Origin: Minutocellus sp. GHC0000111
Taxonomy: Eukaryota
Reading direction: 5' to 3'
Assembly (NCBI GenBank): GCA_977018835.1
Contig: OZ361261.1
Coordinates: 1,054,001 to 1,118,000 of the forward strand
DNA: 64,000 nucleotides
In this document: positions 10,145 through 24,554 of the stretch, in pieces
Layout: each line of letters starts with the position of its first letter
Numbering within the stretch: the stretch's first letter is position 1
The notes under the pieces: model-generated
What the model was told of the DNA's origin: nothing
What the model saw: the letters and a program-made list of their open reading frames with translations, nothing else
Database searches by the model: none
Program-made: the position numbers and the translations under genes

Positions 10145-13100
10145 CTACAACCACGGCATCCACCCAACATAGACCTGAACAAGGTTTTCGATATTGGTTG
10201 CCTCGGCAATCATTTTTTGCACTTGGCCCTCCACCGATAGGGGCAAGAGGTGCGTCATATCGTCTGCCTGGTCCAGTGAATTTGAATCGTTCCGAACGAT
10301 AGTCTTGTGGTTTGGATTCTCGAGGTTATATACCCCCTTGAGCCGGCCCTGGATCATTCTAATGTGACGCTTGGCAGTTTCGGTCTCGCTCTTGGAGGTA
10401 CCGGCGTTGCCCTTGGTGACCTGTTTCTGATGATTCCGATGCTTCTTCCAATCAATAATGGGATCCTTGATAAAAGGCTCGAGGACTGATAGGAGAATGT
10501 CACGGTTGTTCCGAAGAGTGGTCATGGCAGATATCATCCCGCCTGTGAATGCTCCGTCGGCACCAACTGGGCCAAACGCATCAAGCATATTGGGCGAAAG
10601 ACGAAAGGGAACAACCTCGGGCTTGGGAAGGAGGAGTGCCTTGTCAAAAATGCTAAACATACCACGAGCGTCAAAATAGAAGTAGGAGGGGGGATTGGGT
10701 GAGTGGTCATGGAGACGAGACAAACATTATGTGGCGAGGAAAAGAGGGATTAGTCACAACGAGCCATTCTTACCAATCAAAATCAACGTGGACGCAGCCA
10801 CCGCTGCTTGTGTCAATGAGGATATTCTCCGAATGCCGGTCGCCGAGTCCAATAACGTGACCAACGGCCGACCACGTCGCTGCCGACAATGTAAAGGCCA
10901 TGCGAGCCTCGAACCAGGAATGTGGATCCAGAAAGTTCTGGATGAACCACCAGTACATCACCGGTGGGTAGTTTGAAAGGAATTTCTCATCAAACATCTC
11001 TACTGCCCTCGACAGGTTGCCACCTTTGAAGTACATATCTTGACATTTCTCGTAAGTTCTGCGAAGATTAGGATCGGCAAAGGCTCCGATCCGCCGTCCT
11101 CGGCGTTTGGTGGAATGGGGATCTGCCTGCGCGTTGTAGGAGTTCATGACGACGTTGCGCAAACTGTCAGTATTGGGGACCCATTCCAAGATGCCACAAT
11201 CTTCCGACAGACATGTGACAGAGAAGGTACGAAGATGCAACCGTCGCCTTTGTTGCTGAGCACCTTTGCCGCCTTCGCCCCCGCTGCTACTGCTACTGCT
11301 GGAGCCCATCCCGTGGCCAGAAAGGAGTCGGTTTATAACATTGTTGAGATCTTGGACTCGGGCGTCCTTTCGCAGGTCTCCACGGACTTCCTGCTTGACG
11401 AGGAAGTGCATTTCTCCGGCATCTCCAGACTGGGCGTGCCCATTCATTGACGACGAACGGCGAAGCTGAGGTCCTTGTCCGGCGGGGATGGCATAGACTG
11501 TAATCTTTTTGGGTTTGGCCTTGGAATTCATAACAGTGACCTTGGTCGAAAATGCACGCATCCTTGGAACGAAGGCTGGGAAGTTCTCGCTACTTCTACT
11601 GTGGCCGATGGAACTCGGTAGGACTGATAGTGCCGCTTGGACGGGAGGAACGAACTCGCTGAGATCAGCCCCTCGAAGCTTGATTTGCTGAGTCGTGAAC
11701 GTCTTCTTATCGTTCTTGACCTTGTGCTTGGCAATGCCGAGGAGAAAGGTAAAGAGAGCCTTTGACGCCTCGACAAGGTCATGCTTCTTGAAGTCTTCCT
11801 TTTCGCGCAAGTTCTTCTGAGCACCTCGGAATATCTCCTCGCCGGCCTTGGCGCGGATGACCATTGGCGCTGTTGCGAAGCCAGCCAACGCTCCACATGG
11901 TTTGCTGAGGGAATTTGACCAATAGACGCTTGAGGATCAAAATAACGATGTCGGAGGTATTACCATCGCGATGGCCCACTCGGGAAATGAGCTGGGACAG
12001 AGCCGTGTAGAATGCAATGGCCGGAATCGAGCGTACCATACCTGCCACGAGCTTGTTGGCCTCCGCTTGCATGTTCTCCAGTTGGGTGGCCACACGCTCA
12101 TCATCAATAGCAGCTGATGACGAAGAAGATCTCCTACGACCTCCTCCATCGTCAATGGCGATGGGAGGACGCGGGTCGATGGACGTAAATTCAAACCATA
12201 GCGAGAGCAAACGAGGGAGGGCTTGGTAAACATGTTTGGTCCCGAGCTGGAGTGCCCTTCCGTACTCCTCCATGGCCTGAAGTAAGTATTTTTGACATCC
12301 CACATCTTTCCTCATCATCTTTGTCCACTGTTCGTCATCGCCGGTGCTTCGGGTGCCCTTCCGTCCCTCGCTGACATCACCCGACAGGGCCTTGATGCGA
12401 GACGTCAGTAAGGAATCAAGATACTTCGCAAAACAAAAGTGGCTACGCTCAAAACGGGGTAGTAAGCGGTGGGCCACGAGTTCGTACCTATCCAAAATTT
12501 CCGAAGGATTCTTGAGGCCGCTCTCACAGATCCATTCTGCTCCAGTCAAAAGGCTTCGGCCAAATAGCTTGACATTTTCGTCAAAGAGGACGTCGGTATT
12601 GCTTGTGCTCAAACCGTCACCGTGTTTCTTTCGCCTTGTCCGTAGTTCTTGGATGGCGTTCGCCATTTCCTTCAGGCCATGGTCGTCCTTCCCGAGAAGG
12701 TCCTTGATATCGATCCGCTCCTGACCTAGAAGTTGTAGCGCGGCTGTGGTTTTACCAGCAGCGGCCTTGAGTTTGGCAAATTGGACCTGAACATCGTGAG
12801 CATCTTTGTTGAGAGAAAGCGCTAGGGAGGGGTCGAGATTTCCTCCCATCGTTGCCATCGCCTCAAACGCGGCGTCTGCATGAGCTAGCGAATTTTCTGC
12901 AATGTGGGAAAGGCCGCTCTTCCTTGCCCGCTTCCCTTCTTCCAGCCACAATTCGCCCTCTAGAATGGGGTTGTCGAAGATCCTGGAAAGAGCCAGCCGT
13001 GTATTGACGATAGAACTGGATCCTTGAGCGCCAGAATCTGCCATCCGAAGACGTCCGCCCCACTCCCATCCATAGTTGGAGTCTGAGCGGGCGAGATTAG

Positions 13101-16100
13101 CAAAATCAGCCGATGATCCTGCAGCCTCGAATGAAAATGAACCATCTGAGGCGTCGATTCTACTGCTACGAAGAAGATCATTGGCATCTTCCACTTCCCT
13201 TACGCATTGCAACTGCAATAGGAAGGGGTAAGCCCTTGAGTAGCTCTCACGGGCAGCGCCCGATAAGGACTGTAGGGCCGCTGTCCTTGCGGCCTCCAAC
13301 GAGACCGTGACGCTGTCGACGTCGCCCTTTTGAAGTCCGAGCATTGCTTGTCCAAACGATATTCCGTACTGGCTTGTAGGATCCACATCCTCAATGGTGG
13401 TGTTGCCGCCATCACTTTGATTACGTCCAATGGAAGGGGAACCTAGCGAACCATCCCACGAGGTCACAATATCGTCGAGCGCATCCCATTTTCCTAGACG
13501 CCAGGCTGCTTCTGCTGCCGACGGCATCAGCAACTTTCGCGCATTTTCGTCAATCTCTTCATAAGTGGGGAGCCGGTCTCTCTTTCGGCTGGAACCGGTG
13601 GAAGTCTCTTGCTTACTAGTACTCTCGACTCGTTTCGATAGGATTCCCTTCGTCTGGTTGAGTGCGGACTCTAGTTGGCCGAGCTCAAGTAGGCATTTGA
13701 CCATTCCGCTTCGCAGGGACAAGGCCTCAGATTCTCTTTTCGCATCGGCCTCTCCCCTTTGGATCTGGGCCTCGTGCAGTTGCAGAGCTTGCTCGTACAT
13801 CTGAAGTGCCCCCTCCCAGTCGCCATGAAATTCTCTCTCTTGGATGTTGGCAAGTTGAATATCATAAAATCCGGAATTAAAGTCCTTGGAGATGGCAGTC
13901 ATAGTCGCATTATCGCCCAAGCACCCCAACACCTTGCGGACGACCTTGGTATCGACGCCTTTGAGGATTGTCTTACCAAGAAGGCTGCCCTTTTTGCTAA
14001 AGGCATGGAATTCGTGTTCATTGCTGTAGTGGCGGCGATAATTTTCCACCTGGAGATCATCATAAATCGGACCTGCAATATGGGACCTTGCCTCAAGCTC
14101 GAGATAGCGCAGAGAGCGGGCATTCATACCAACAGCTTCTGCTGCCTCGGCACATAAAGACAGAGAAATGGCCTTGAGAAGATCATCTATGCTCGCTCGA
14201 CTCTCTTCTGCGGGCCATTCTGTATCAGAGCCGGCGAGGTAGCTCATGGATGGTGACGACGATGCGCTGCCGCTACTACCGCGACTTGATTTGTTTCTTT
14301 CTTCGGTCTCCTTTTCAGACCAAAGTGATAGAGTGTCCAGTATTACGAAGACAGCATTGCAAGCCTTCGTCCTTTCCTCGAGGGGCATATCCGAAGTGGA
14401 GCCAGTAAATGTTAGTGCATCAAGCATCTCCTTGATGATAGCTTGACCGCCATCTGACTCATCGTCGAAGGATAGGTTATCAAGAACTAGTAGTGGGAGG
14501 AGGAACTCACACACAGTAGAGTCTTCTCGGATAGCTGAACGGCATGCGAAGAAGAAGTCCTTCCATCGGCTGCGTTTGCTATGGTAGGCTCTGGCAACCA
14601 TGTATCGGCACCAATCTCGGAGCCATCCAAAGTATGATCCCGATTCGGTAAAGAACGGAGGTAACCGAGGAGAAAGAAGCTCCTTCTGTCTGTACTGCGC
14701 CTTCCAGTAGGGCTCCAAGACTTCTCTTACGCCGGCCTCTTCAAGTTTCCCACTCAGCCAGCCACCCATTTCTCTTTGTCTGCCTGGACCTCCGCTGGAC
14801 GACGAGCGGGCACCCGACGACTCTGCATGCTGGGCTTGGATGACGCATTCAGCTTGGCGGCAGACTCGTCCAGCAGTTTGAGCAGCTCCTGGATGGTGAA
14901 AGCAACCTTGTGTTGGCCCATATTGTCCTTCGCCCCCTTGAGGGACATGACAAGCTGATGCGTGACGAGATGCAGCCTGTGAATGTGAAATGTGAATTTT
15001 AGAGGAAAAAGAAAAATTGGTATAAATCAAGGGGGTTCAGACAGATGATGGGATGTGCCAAAGGCAAGATCCTACGTAGCAGCTACGTAAGTAGCCGATA
15101 ATAGTCTCGATACAAAATAAAAGCGTAAAACTTACTCGTAGCGAATGACCTGGGATTTCCAGGGAGGCTGCGAAAGCCTCCAAGAGCCGTGAAAGCCCGA
15201 CACATCGAAGCTGTCGGTAGTCAGGAGTGCCGCCGAGGTTGCGTTGACTTCTCGGCCCAAGCGGTTGGAGTCAATGGCGCCCATTTCGCCGAGACACGTT
15301 GCCAATGCAAGCCTGGTATCGGCATCACTTTCAATAATGCAGCGAGAAACCAATTTTTGCACGATTTCGGTCACTCCGCCTCCACCTACAGAAGCCAAAT
15401 CACCTTCGGCATCGTTTTCAGCCTCGTCATTGGGCGAGGCGTCTTTTATTACAGTGAGGAAACGCATCGAAACCGACTCCTCACTCTCCACCAATCGTAG
15501 GAAAAGGGCTCGGTTCGCCCTGAGCAGATCCGTGAGATGATGGAGCACCGCAATTCTCACCTTCTTGTTTTCGTGTGCCAGTAACTTGGAAAGCACTCCG
15601 AGTCTCCTCCGCAGCGCCGCCTGTGCTTGAGAGCCAAGGTTGGATCGAGTTGCTCCATCGCCACCGGCGAAACTGCCGACACTTGCTGTTCCGTCTCTAT
15701 CAGCACCGCCGGTAAACCCGTCTTGAGTACGCCGAGTGCTCAATTGAGACATGGGTACAACCTCGTCTATGTCAACACCGAGCTTCTTCAGGCTTGATCT
15801 CACCCCCTCCAGAGCTGGATTCGACGGCAAAAACGGGATCTCGCTGAAATATGGAGCGAGTTTTTTCCCGACTTTACCTTCCACCAAATGATTCAGCAAT
15901 TTGACAGCCTCGTCTATTGTCCTTGCCTTGAAAGGATCAGAGCTTGCTCCGTCAACGCGAGCCAGGGCAACGCTTGGCGATGGGGTGGGTCCAGTACTAC
16001 TCCTTCTCGTACTACCGGAAGAGCCAACTGTGAGTGGACGAGCACCCTTGTTCGCGACCTGGCGGTGCATGATCTCCACTTCAAAGACAGGAAATATTGT

Positions 16101-19100
16101 TACGATGATATTCGATAGGTTGTCACCGATTAGCTTCACATTGCGCTTTAGCACCATCTGCACGTAGTCCGACAGAGTAGATACAGCAACCAAATGCATC
16201 TCAGATGAGCTCGTTGCCATAGCCTTGCTAATGACTTGTGTCACTTGCGTCAGATATGTTGGCGATTCTTCTTCACGAACAAAAAGGAGCAAGGCCTGCA
16301 GGCTTCTGACGAGGTGTAGTCCTGATTCATCCGACCATTGATCCATAAAATTTTGAACCAAGAGCGACATCTGCGAGGAACAACGAGAAGAATTTGCGTG
16401 GTAAGGGGCGCATGCATGATCAATTCGAATGAAAGAAAGCATTAAAAGCAGTAGACAAATCGAATCCCCGAGAATCGGCAAAATGATACTCACCATTCTG
16501 ATTGTGACCAGTTTTTGGGCGGCCTCTAGACCCAACTCCCTCGAGGCATCCGCGTGGACGGCGCCGAGTCTCTTCATTGCACCGATTGCATTGGTCTCAT
16601 CGTCGTTGGTCTTGTCCTGCAGTTCCTGAATGAGTCCGAGTCTCTTGAGAGCAAAGCAGGCACTGTAGCTACTACAGCTCGAGCTTCCGGGGCCGTTCTC
16701 CAAACACTTTCGGACATCGGCGATGCCATATTTGCCCAGTTCATAGACAATTTTGTCGAGCACATGAATTTTGTACGGCTTGGCAAACACCTGTACCAGA
16801 CTGAGCGTATCGCCGAGTATGGTCCGCACGTAAAAGTAGAGTGCATCGCTTTGAGGTTTGAGTAGGACTCTGGTGAGTGCAGCCTTGGCAAAGTCAGGAG
16901 CTGCAAAAAACTCGATCATGGCCCGATTGAGGTCCATCTTCTTGATGACATCCTTTATAAGACTGCTTCTGTGCCATGTCTTGCCACCCTGTATCTTCTC
17001 TCCCAAGCTCTTGCTGTTTTCTTCACGACGAAGGGCACTGCCCTCGTCAAGGATGAAGCGCTGGAAGAAACAAAACATTTTTAGGGCTTTCATGTCCTTG
17101 TCGAGAATGAGGGTGGCGCAGATCTCTGGAAAGTACATCTGAACAAATCTGAGAATGTCGCTGTATGCATTCTTCCTCCTTGGGATAAATTTTCGTCGTG
17201 TGTTGGCGAAGGCGTGGGTCTCCTTGATTTCGTCGCCAATAGCATCGATCAAAAATGCCCGAATGAATTGCATCAGCGCCAAGATATGACGCTCGATCTC
17301 GCCAGGGTCTTGCGTGTCCTGCTTTTCACTTCCCACGAGGATTTCACTAAAGAGAGTGGCGGTATAACGTTGCATGCTGGCCTCTGAAATGAGAAAGGAA
17401 CACAAGGAATACTGTCTATCGATCTTGCATAACTCGTCCCAGGCAGCAGATGCCAGGACGGAGCCACCAGGGACCCGCAGTTCAACGGGGGTAGGAACTC
17501 CCACTCTGGAGCTATTTGGGCTGATCCAAAGCCTCACAATGTGAAGAAGGGAATGCTCGAAAAGTGCTTTGCCAAGTGACGTATCCAAGTCGACTTGACG
17601 GCAAATAGACGAAAGTGCCTTGAGAGCGGAGATTTGACGAGATAGGGCCATTGACGCCTTGCTTTGGGCCGCTGCGGAAGTATTGCCCTCGCCGCCACCG
17701 CCACCAGAGGAGGTTGATTCCACCGTGCTAGTGATGGTCCCCGCAAAAGTGTATGAGAGCTGCGATTCGTTGATGTAGCAAAATTTATGAAGCAGAGAAT
17801 CGATCTCCCGAAACAGTCGTTCTACGACAGCAGGGGTAAACTTGTTGCTCGTTCCGATAGGATCTTTCACCCAGGCTTGCCACTCAACATCACTGAGCGT
17901 CAACGAAAAGAGGGGATTGCATCCCGCTTCAAGCCGAAGTGCAGATCCGATCTCTGTCGCCGCATAATCGCGCACGATGCCATCCTCATCAGCAAAAGCT
18001 GCGTGGAGGAGCCACAACAGGGATGGAGTGCGGACGGTATCGCTTGCCGCGCCTTCATTGGCATCTCTTGCAACACCTTCTCCGGACGCAGAATGGTTCT
18101 CCGAAGCAGCCAACCGATACGAAACAAGATGAGAGTGACCATTCGAACGGCGAAGTTGCGCGGGTGAACAAATGGTACAAGCAAACGCCAGGAACTTCCA
18201 AAGATCCAGCCGAACTTGGGACGGCAGGCCTGCGAAATCTTGCTTCGAGACCATCATTGGCGACACCAAAAGATCGAATGCAGCAGATGAGATTTGAGAT
18301 GGCACTGCCGACTTTTCCCTGGCATTTTGCAGAGTGGAATAACTCCGTACCAGATTCATTACGCACGAAGGAACGGTATTGGTTAAGCTGGACCCGCCTG
18401 AGTCCTCGATAGAAGGTGGCGAAGCATACATCTCCAAGAGTCGGTGCAAGCAAACGACCGCGGCACGTTGCAGTGCAGGAGGGTGCGTCAAATTTGTGCC
18501 CTCTCCGCTTGGTGGGAATGCAATCGCGGCAACACTTCTATGCAATCCAAGCTTGGTGATCATTTGAATGACATTCTTTGAATCAATTTGGCTGCCGTTC
18601 GGACTGGAAGGTTTTTGAGCATTCGTCGAAATGCAAAGGGGACGCATGCAAGGGCGGATACTGTCACAAGGTCAGATTGTTCCCCCGAGGGAGTGCTCAG
18701 TATCTTTCGCATCGAGGACAATGTGTTTGGCTCGTCGTTCAGTCGATTTTGGATGCCTTTGTGAGGACAAATACTTGCCAAGAGGAGGCACCTGGACAAG
18801 ATATGGTGACGGTCGTTGATGAATGAATGACATGAATTAGTGCGATAGAGAGCACAGCCAAAGCAATGAAATGAGACTGAGAGCAACAATATCATTCCAA
18901 GAAAATGAATTTACTCACCTGGAAGAAAGGGGCAACTCAAGTTGTGCAAAGAAAAGTGCTGCGTCGTCAGCAAGTGACCGTCCCAGTCTCTCGTCTCCTG
19001 CATTCGTTTCGGATGGCAGCATGGAACAAAAGCACCGCGAACATTGCGCATCCGGCACCGGAACACCAAAGGAGGAGAAAAGCGCCACGCAGGAACCCCT

Positions 19101-22100
19101 GCAACTATGACGAGAAAGGCTTTCATCATGTTGGATGTGCCGATCCTCCAAAGATGTGTCGAAGGAGTCAAGAATGTGGGCAGGACCACCAGCTGTAGCC
19201 CGTCCCTGGTCATTCTCTCGATCGCGTTGCTGCTCGAGAAGAGAGGAACTTTGTGTCCAAACATCGATAGCACACTGAGACATGGTTCTCAACGCCTGTT
19301 GGGCAGCTTTTTCAATTTCGCCAAAGACTTCATCCCTACCGCCGTCGACTGCATGGAGCTCAAATCCCACCCCAATCAACACATTCAGCGCGCGTTTGAG
19401 TCTATTAGGGCCGACCGTCCTGCTATCACTAGGAGCCACCGCCCCATGCTTGACAGCATTTGCTACCATAGTGAGAGTGCGAAGTAAGGTATCAGCGGTG
19501 TCTTTGACGGCGGAACAACGAATAGAATCCGCGCTACCGCGACAAAGCCTGATGACGAGGTTAAATGCACCTCCCATGATGGAGATCGATCTAGCAGTAA
19601 TTGCCGAAAGAACGGCGGAATTTAAAGCTTCTTCGCCTCCATTCTTCTTGGAGGCGTTGGCATCCCGAGTGACATTGGACACCTCAATCAAGGCTTCATC
19701 GATAATTCTTGCAATTGACGATGCCGGTGATGAATCTGCTGCCCTGAATTCGCGCCTTGATAGCAGAGAATTCTGTGGCACTGGCGAGGTCATGTCCGTG
19801 TGAGACCGCTTACGCTTGGGTGATCGTTCGATCTGCAACTGTTGCTTGGGAATAGCGGCGCTGGCTGCACCAACCTTTTTGTGGCTGGACTTGGATACTT
19901 TGTGGCGCTTCTCTCTAGTAGACACATAGGAACTCGCCTGGTGGGCTCCAGTCTCTTCGCTTTGGTATTTTTCTGCCTCCGTGTTCACTCTCTCCTCGTG
20001 GATTTGCCAGGCGACGGTACAGGCATCGATCAGCACTGAATTGTGATTCACCCCATGAACGAGGCCACCTTGCTCTAGCATATTCCCAATGATAGCAGTT
20101 GCAATAGGAGCAAGGGATGGCTCCTTGGTCAGACTCACAAGGCTGAGATATATCTCATTGGCAGAACAGAAACTATGCGCAAGAGAGCGCTGCTGACTGG
20201 ACTGACGTGGATTGTCCAAGAGAACGTGAATTGTACGCAAGATCATCCTACACAACTTCTTTTCATCATCTGTCGGCGAATGATTCGAGGACTGCACCAC
20301 ACCAGGACTATACTTGATACATTGGAGTAGCGTGGAGAGCACCATGCTGCTACGCGACGCCTTGATTGTCGACGGTACAAGTAGCATCGATCGGCCGCGA
20401 GTTGCTTCAGCGACACCTCCATCCATTGAAAATAGCTCCGACGAGGCGACACGATCGCGAAACAAGCCGAAAAGCGAGGAGATATAATTGTTGCTGACGG
20501 CTCGAACATTGGGAGAAAAAGCTGAAGATGAGGTCTCATCGGAAGGTGTATCGCCCATGGCCTCAAAGTGAGCCAAAAGGGCCTGGCAACAGAGCAAGCG
20601 GAGCTCGGTCGTTTCATCATTTTGTGACGTTGATTCCAACGTCGACAATTCCTCCCAAAGTAACTGGAGGAGACGTACCGCCTCGATCTTGGCGAGTAGA
20701 CGAAGCACACACACTTCGCCGCTTGCATGGTCCGTTGCTGTTGCTGACGACGACGCGGCAGGCGAGAGGAGAACTTGTCGCAGAGCCGCGACGATGGTAT
20801 CCTTCAAACCGGCATCCTCCACACTGGCCGATTCGAGGTATCTTCTCCCATTGGACTGAAGCGATGCTTCGATATCGGCGACCTCAATTTGTCCCTCATC
20901 AGCTGCTTCTTCATCTCTGCCAACCCGAAAATCGCGATCCCGACGATGCAGTTGGAGCAAGGTGGCAAGTGTCCGAATTGCTCCTCTTTGAAGCGATAAT
21001 AGCGCTATCGTCGATTTGACATCAACCTGATACTCGTCATCGCCATACTGATTTTCAACACCATCATCAGTCCCACTTGGAGACGCATTCTTCCTCCGCT
21101 CTTCCAGCGTTTCGCAAAATAGCGATAATCGTACGCCAGTACCAATACCGGCACTGCCTTGGTTCCCATTCTCAGCGGCAAATGCGCCAGCCACATCCCG
21201 CGCCAGGGGCAGAGGGCAGGCCGGACCAATAACAACGGCCGAGTCGTATAGCAACGCCACCAAATCTCGAACGGTAGCGCTGCGGAGTTCTCTTTCGGGG
21301 ATACATCGGAGCAAGCGGGCAATGGTCTGGGAAATATCGATCAATGTATCTATGCCTTCGTCTTCTGCATCCATGTTCTCCTTCACCGATCCACCCTTAC
21401 TTCTTGGCCTTTTCGGAATTTTCATCAGCCCTGATATCCTTGGATATCTGACGTAGCGTCTGAACCGTAACGCACGGTGACAGTAAACTCTGTAGAAGAA
21501 GATGCACCCTCGGCAGCACTGGAAGGTAAGAGTAAAGTGGAAGGATGCGTTACGCGGGCAAATATTAGTAAATAAGTTCACGACGATAATTCTTATAACA
21601 AACCCAAAGAAGAGCCAAACTAAAACAATATCCGTATCCGTCCCCACATTACATTCCCAACATTCACGTTTATCGTGCACATAATACCAACTCACCTTTG
21701 TCCCCACCACGGCCCCATCCAAACATCTGGAGGCTGTACGGGCAGAAGCTGCCCCGCAAACAGGCACGGTACGTGACGCAAAGATCGGCAGAGACCTTGG
21801 CGGTGTTGAGCATGTCGTCATCGTCGGTGCCCCATCCCACGGGCTGCTCGGCCATCTCCCGAGCCGCCTCCTCCAACGAGGCCTGCGCTGCTGCGGCAGC
21901 GGCTGCCGAATCGTGCTCATCACCCGCCGACGCCGACGATGCACTCCTCACAGCATCCGCCGCGGCCATCCGATGTCCCTCGTCCAGCACCCGGTCAATC
22001 TTGGCCAATTTGGTCGCATAGGTCTCCTCAATCTTGATCAATACCTGGCACAACGAATTCATCTGCTTGAAGCACTTGCGGGGCATGTCGTCCTGGGCGG

Positions 22101-22410
22101 CCGCCAGCGTTTCGTCCGAGGCGAACATGGTCGGCCTTCGCCAATGCGCGAAGGACTTGATGTTGTCGGACGACGTCGGGTTGGGGTCGTGCAGCGTTTT
22201 TTGGTGCTGCTCGCACGCACTTCCCACCTTGTCGAGGAGGCTGTCGGGACTGCGGCGGCTACTCGACGTACTACCAGTGGTTTTGGTGGGAGATCGCGAT
22301 CGGTGCTTGCGTCGGCTTGCGTGGCTGGCGCTTGAGATGGCGGCGGCCCCATCGTCACCACCCGCACCGCCACCAGCAGCTGCTGCGGCATCTTGTCCAC
22401 TGCTGGGCAT
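10145..22410 (-). CDS. ATR: Serine/threonine kinase ATR (PIKK); 6 exons, introns 21519-21695, 18792-18918, 16371-16493, 14977-15135, 10653-10773; four apparent frameshifts (~21400, ~18638, ~14770, ~11865)
   Basis: FAT motifs AEAAWRLGKWD and RESYSRAYP; kinase DLRKDARV, GLGDRHSENIL, HVDFD|CIFDK across a splice junction, PEVVPFRLSPNM; FATC LSVEGQV...YVGWMPWL; all introns GT-AG and frame-compatible; N-terminal exons less certain. Confidence 0.88.
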
Positions 22411-22877
22411 ACTGCAACCGACAATGTCTCACTGCTTCAATGAATTAATGAATTGTCCAGTCAATGGAGGAGACGGGATCGGAGGGCAAAGTGCTCAGCG
22501 GCCGCCGAAAATTTATTGGACGCCCGAAAGCGATCGGACTTTCTGGCGACTCAAACCCCAATCGAGCCGCACCGAAACTCCGGCAATGCCGACAGCGTAA
22601 TCCTCACTATTTGTTCAAGGGTGGTGTGGGCGTCAGGCGTCAGACCAGCAGGGCAAGGAGGTCAGCCGATACCACGCCACAGCCACAGTCGCCGCCCAGT
22701 TTTTGATCATTCAAAAGCATGAGTGCTGAATTCGACAAGTTTCGACCGAATTTCAAAAAAACTCCCCAAAAATTCAATTCAAACACCGCCGTCTCGCCCA
22801 TCAGAGCACAAACGGCAGTTTTGCCTGTTCGTCCTGACTTGACGGCGGTCCATAAATAGCAGCGTGCTCGTTTGACG

Positions 22878-24292
22878 ATGACGATGGGAACGGAACGCCG
22901 GCTGCCCGTGGCTTGGTCCTGCTACTACTGGTGGGCCTCCTCTCGTCTCCAGCTGACGCTCGCAAGCGCGATGCTCCCATTGCAGCCGCCGAACAGCAGT
23001 GCGACTGCGAACCATCCATCACGGCCGCGGTGGAGCAGTCCAAGACCCAGCTAGTCGCAACGCATCAGTCGGCTTTGGCCGATGTTCAGGCCAAGCTGGA
23101 GGCCGCGGTGGCCGAGAAGGACGGCGCATTGGCCATCCTCCAGGCCGAGTTGGAATCGGTCCGATCGCTGCTGGAAACCTCCCAAAAGGCCCAGGAAGAG
23201 GCCGAGGCCAAGGCCGCCCTGTTTTAAGCCACCAGGGCCGCCGAAGCCGAGCAGTCCTGCCGCCTCGAATTGGCCGACACGGTCGCCAAGCAAAACGAGG
23301 CGATCCAATCCGAGCGCAGCGCCCGCTCCCTCCTCCAGCAGGCCGAGGCGGAATCCACCAAGCTCCAGACGGAGTACACGCGGAAGGAGAGGGCCCTGAC
23401 CAAGGAGCGCGATACCAGCCGGAGCGAGGCCAAGACCATGGGCGACCGGTACGCCGAGGCGCGACGGGAATTGATGGATGCGCAGCAGGAGATGCGCCAG
23501 CTGCATCAGAAGCTGGTGAGCCGGTACGTCAACCTCACCCTCATCGGGGAGGACGCGGCGCACATGGGCGATCGGTCGATGACCTACGGCCACGACCTGA
23601 TCACGGGGACCAAGGCGGCCGTGGTCGATGGGTGGCACACCGTGCGAGATTTGACCGATGCCGCCGTGGAGGTGATGACGCCCGTGGTGAGGGACGCGTC
23701 GGAGCAGATGCAGGACATGTGCGATGAGGCCAAGGAATTCCTCGCCCCCCACGTTGCCAAGGCGGCCACTTGGATTGGCGATGGAATTGGACCGTATTAT
23801 CAGGCCACCAAGGCTTGGGCCGAACAGATGTACGGGGATAACTTCCAGCCCGTTGTCGATGATACCATGATACCTCTGTACAAGGAACATGTGGCTCCCC
23901 TCGTCGTTCGGGCCGGAGAGGTCGTGGAGAGCTGCCGCCTGTCGCTTGTAAGTGGAATTGAACAGGGCTCCTCCGCCATTGTGGATACTATCACCAAGTC
24001 GTGCGAAGAGGAATCTTTCCCTCGGCAGTATGTCGTGCCGTCCTTTCAGCGGATGCACGACAATGCCGAAGTATGCGTCCAGAATGTGACCTACTGCACT
24101 GTAGGACTTATCGGTCTGTATCTGTTTGGTGCCTTTGTGTTGAGGTTGGCTCTCTTTGTGATCATGGTTGTCACCTCACCTATTTGGGGCTTCTATAGGC
24201 TAATCAGCTGGATCATTTCCAAGGCTACCGGTAGTGGAGCGAAGAACAAGGGGGCTGGTACTGCCAATGGAGTGAATGGATCGCACGCGTAA
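22878..24292 (+). CDS. Coiled-coil membrane protein with signal peptide and C-terminal TM region; frameshift near 22912 and in-frame TAA at 23225-23227
   Basis: LVLLLLVGLLSSPADA signal-like segment; ORFs 22913-23227 and 23270-24292 share a frame and are separated by a single TAA; heptad-rich body; TM LIGLYLFGAFVLRLALFVIMVV. Confidence 0.65.
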
Positions 24293-24554
24293 GAGAGAAT
24301 TGGAGGAGTTTGGAATACAGGTAGACGGTAAATTGAGAATCTCTAATCGGGACAAAACCTCATTAAACGTCTCTTCAAACCAACTTTAAGAGGATTCAGA
24401 CAAAGTAGGTATTGCTTCAGCATGACTAGATTTAGGAGTGATACAAGGCGCAACGATGTACGTTGAACTCTTTCTCCAGCCTTCATCGCATCCTCGTACT
24501 GTCCTACGCCAAGCATCGTAGATCTACACCCCACCTCTCCAGGATCGACTTCAT

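Noticed and set aside
21397..21402. AAG-TAA in ATR and AAA-TGA near 8990 as Euplotes-like programmed frameshifts
   Set aside because: Other lesions lack this context and need different shifts; the paralogue shows the 8990 site is simply missing one A
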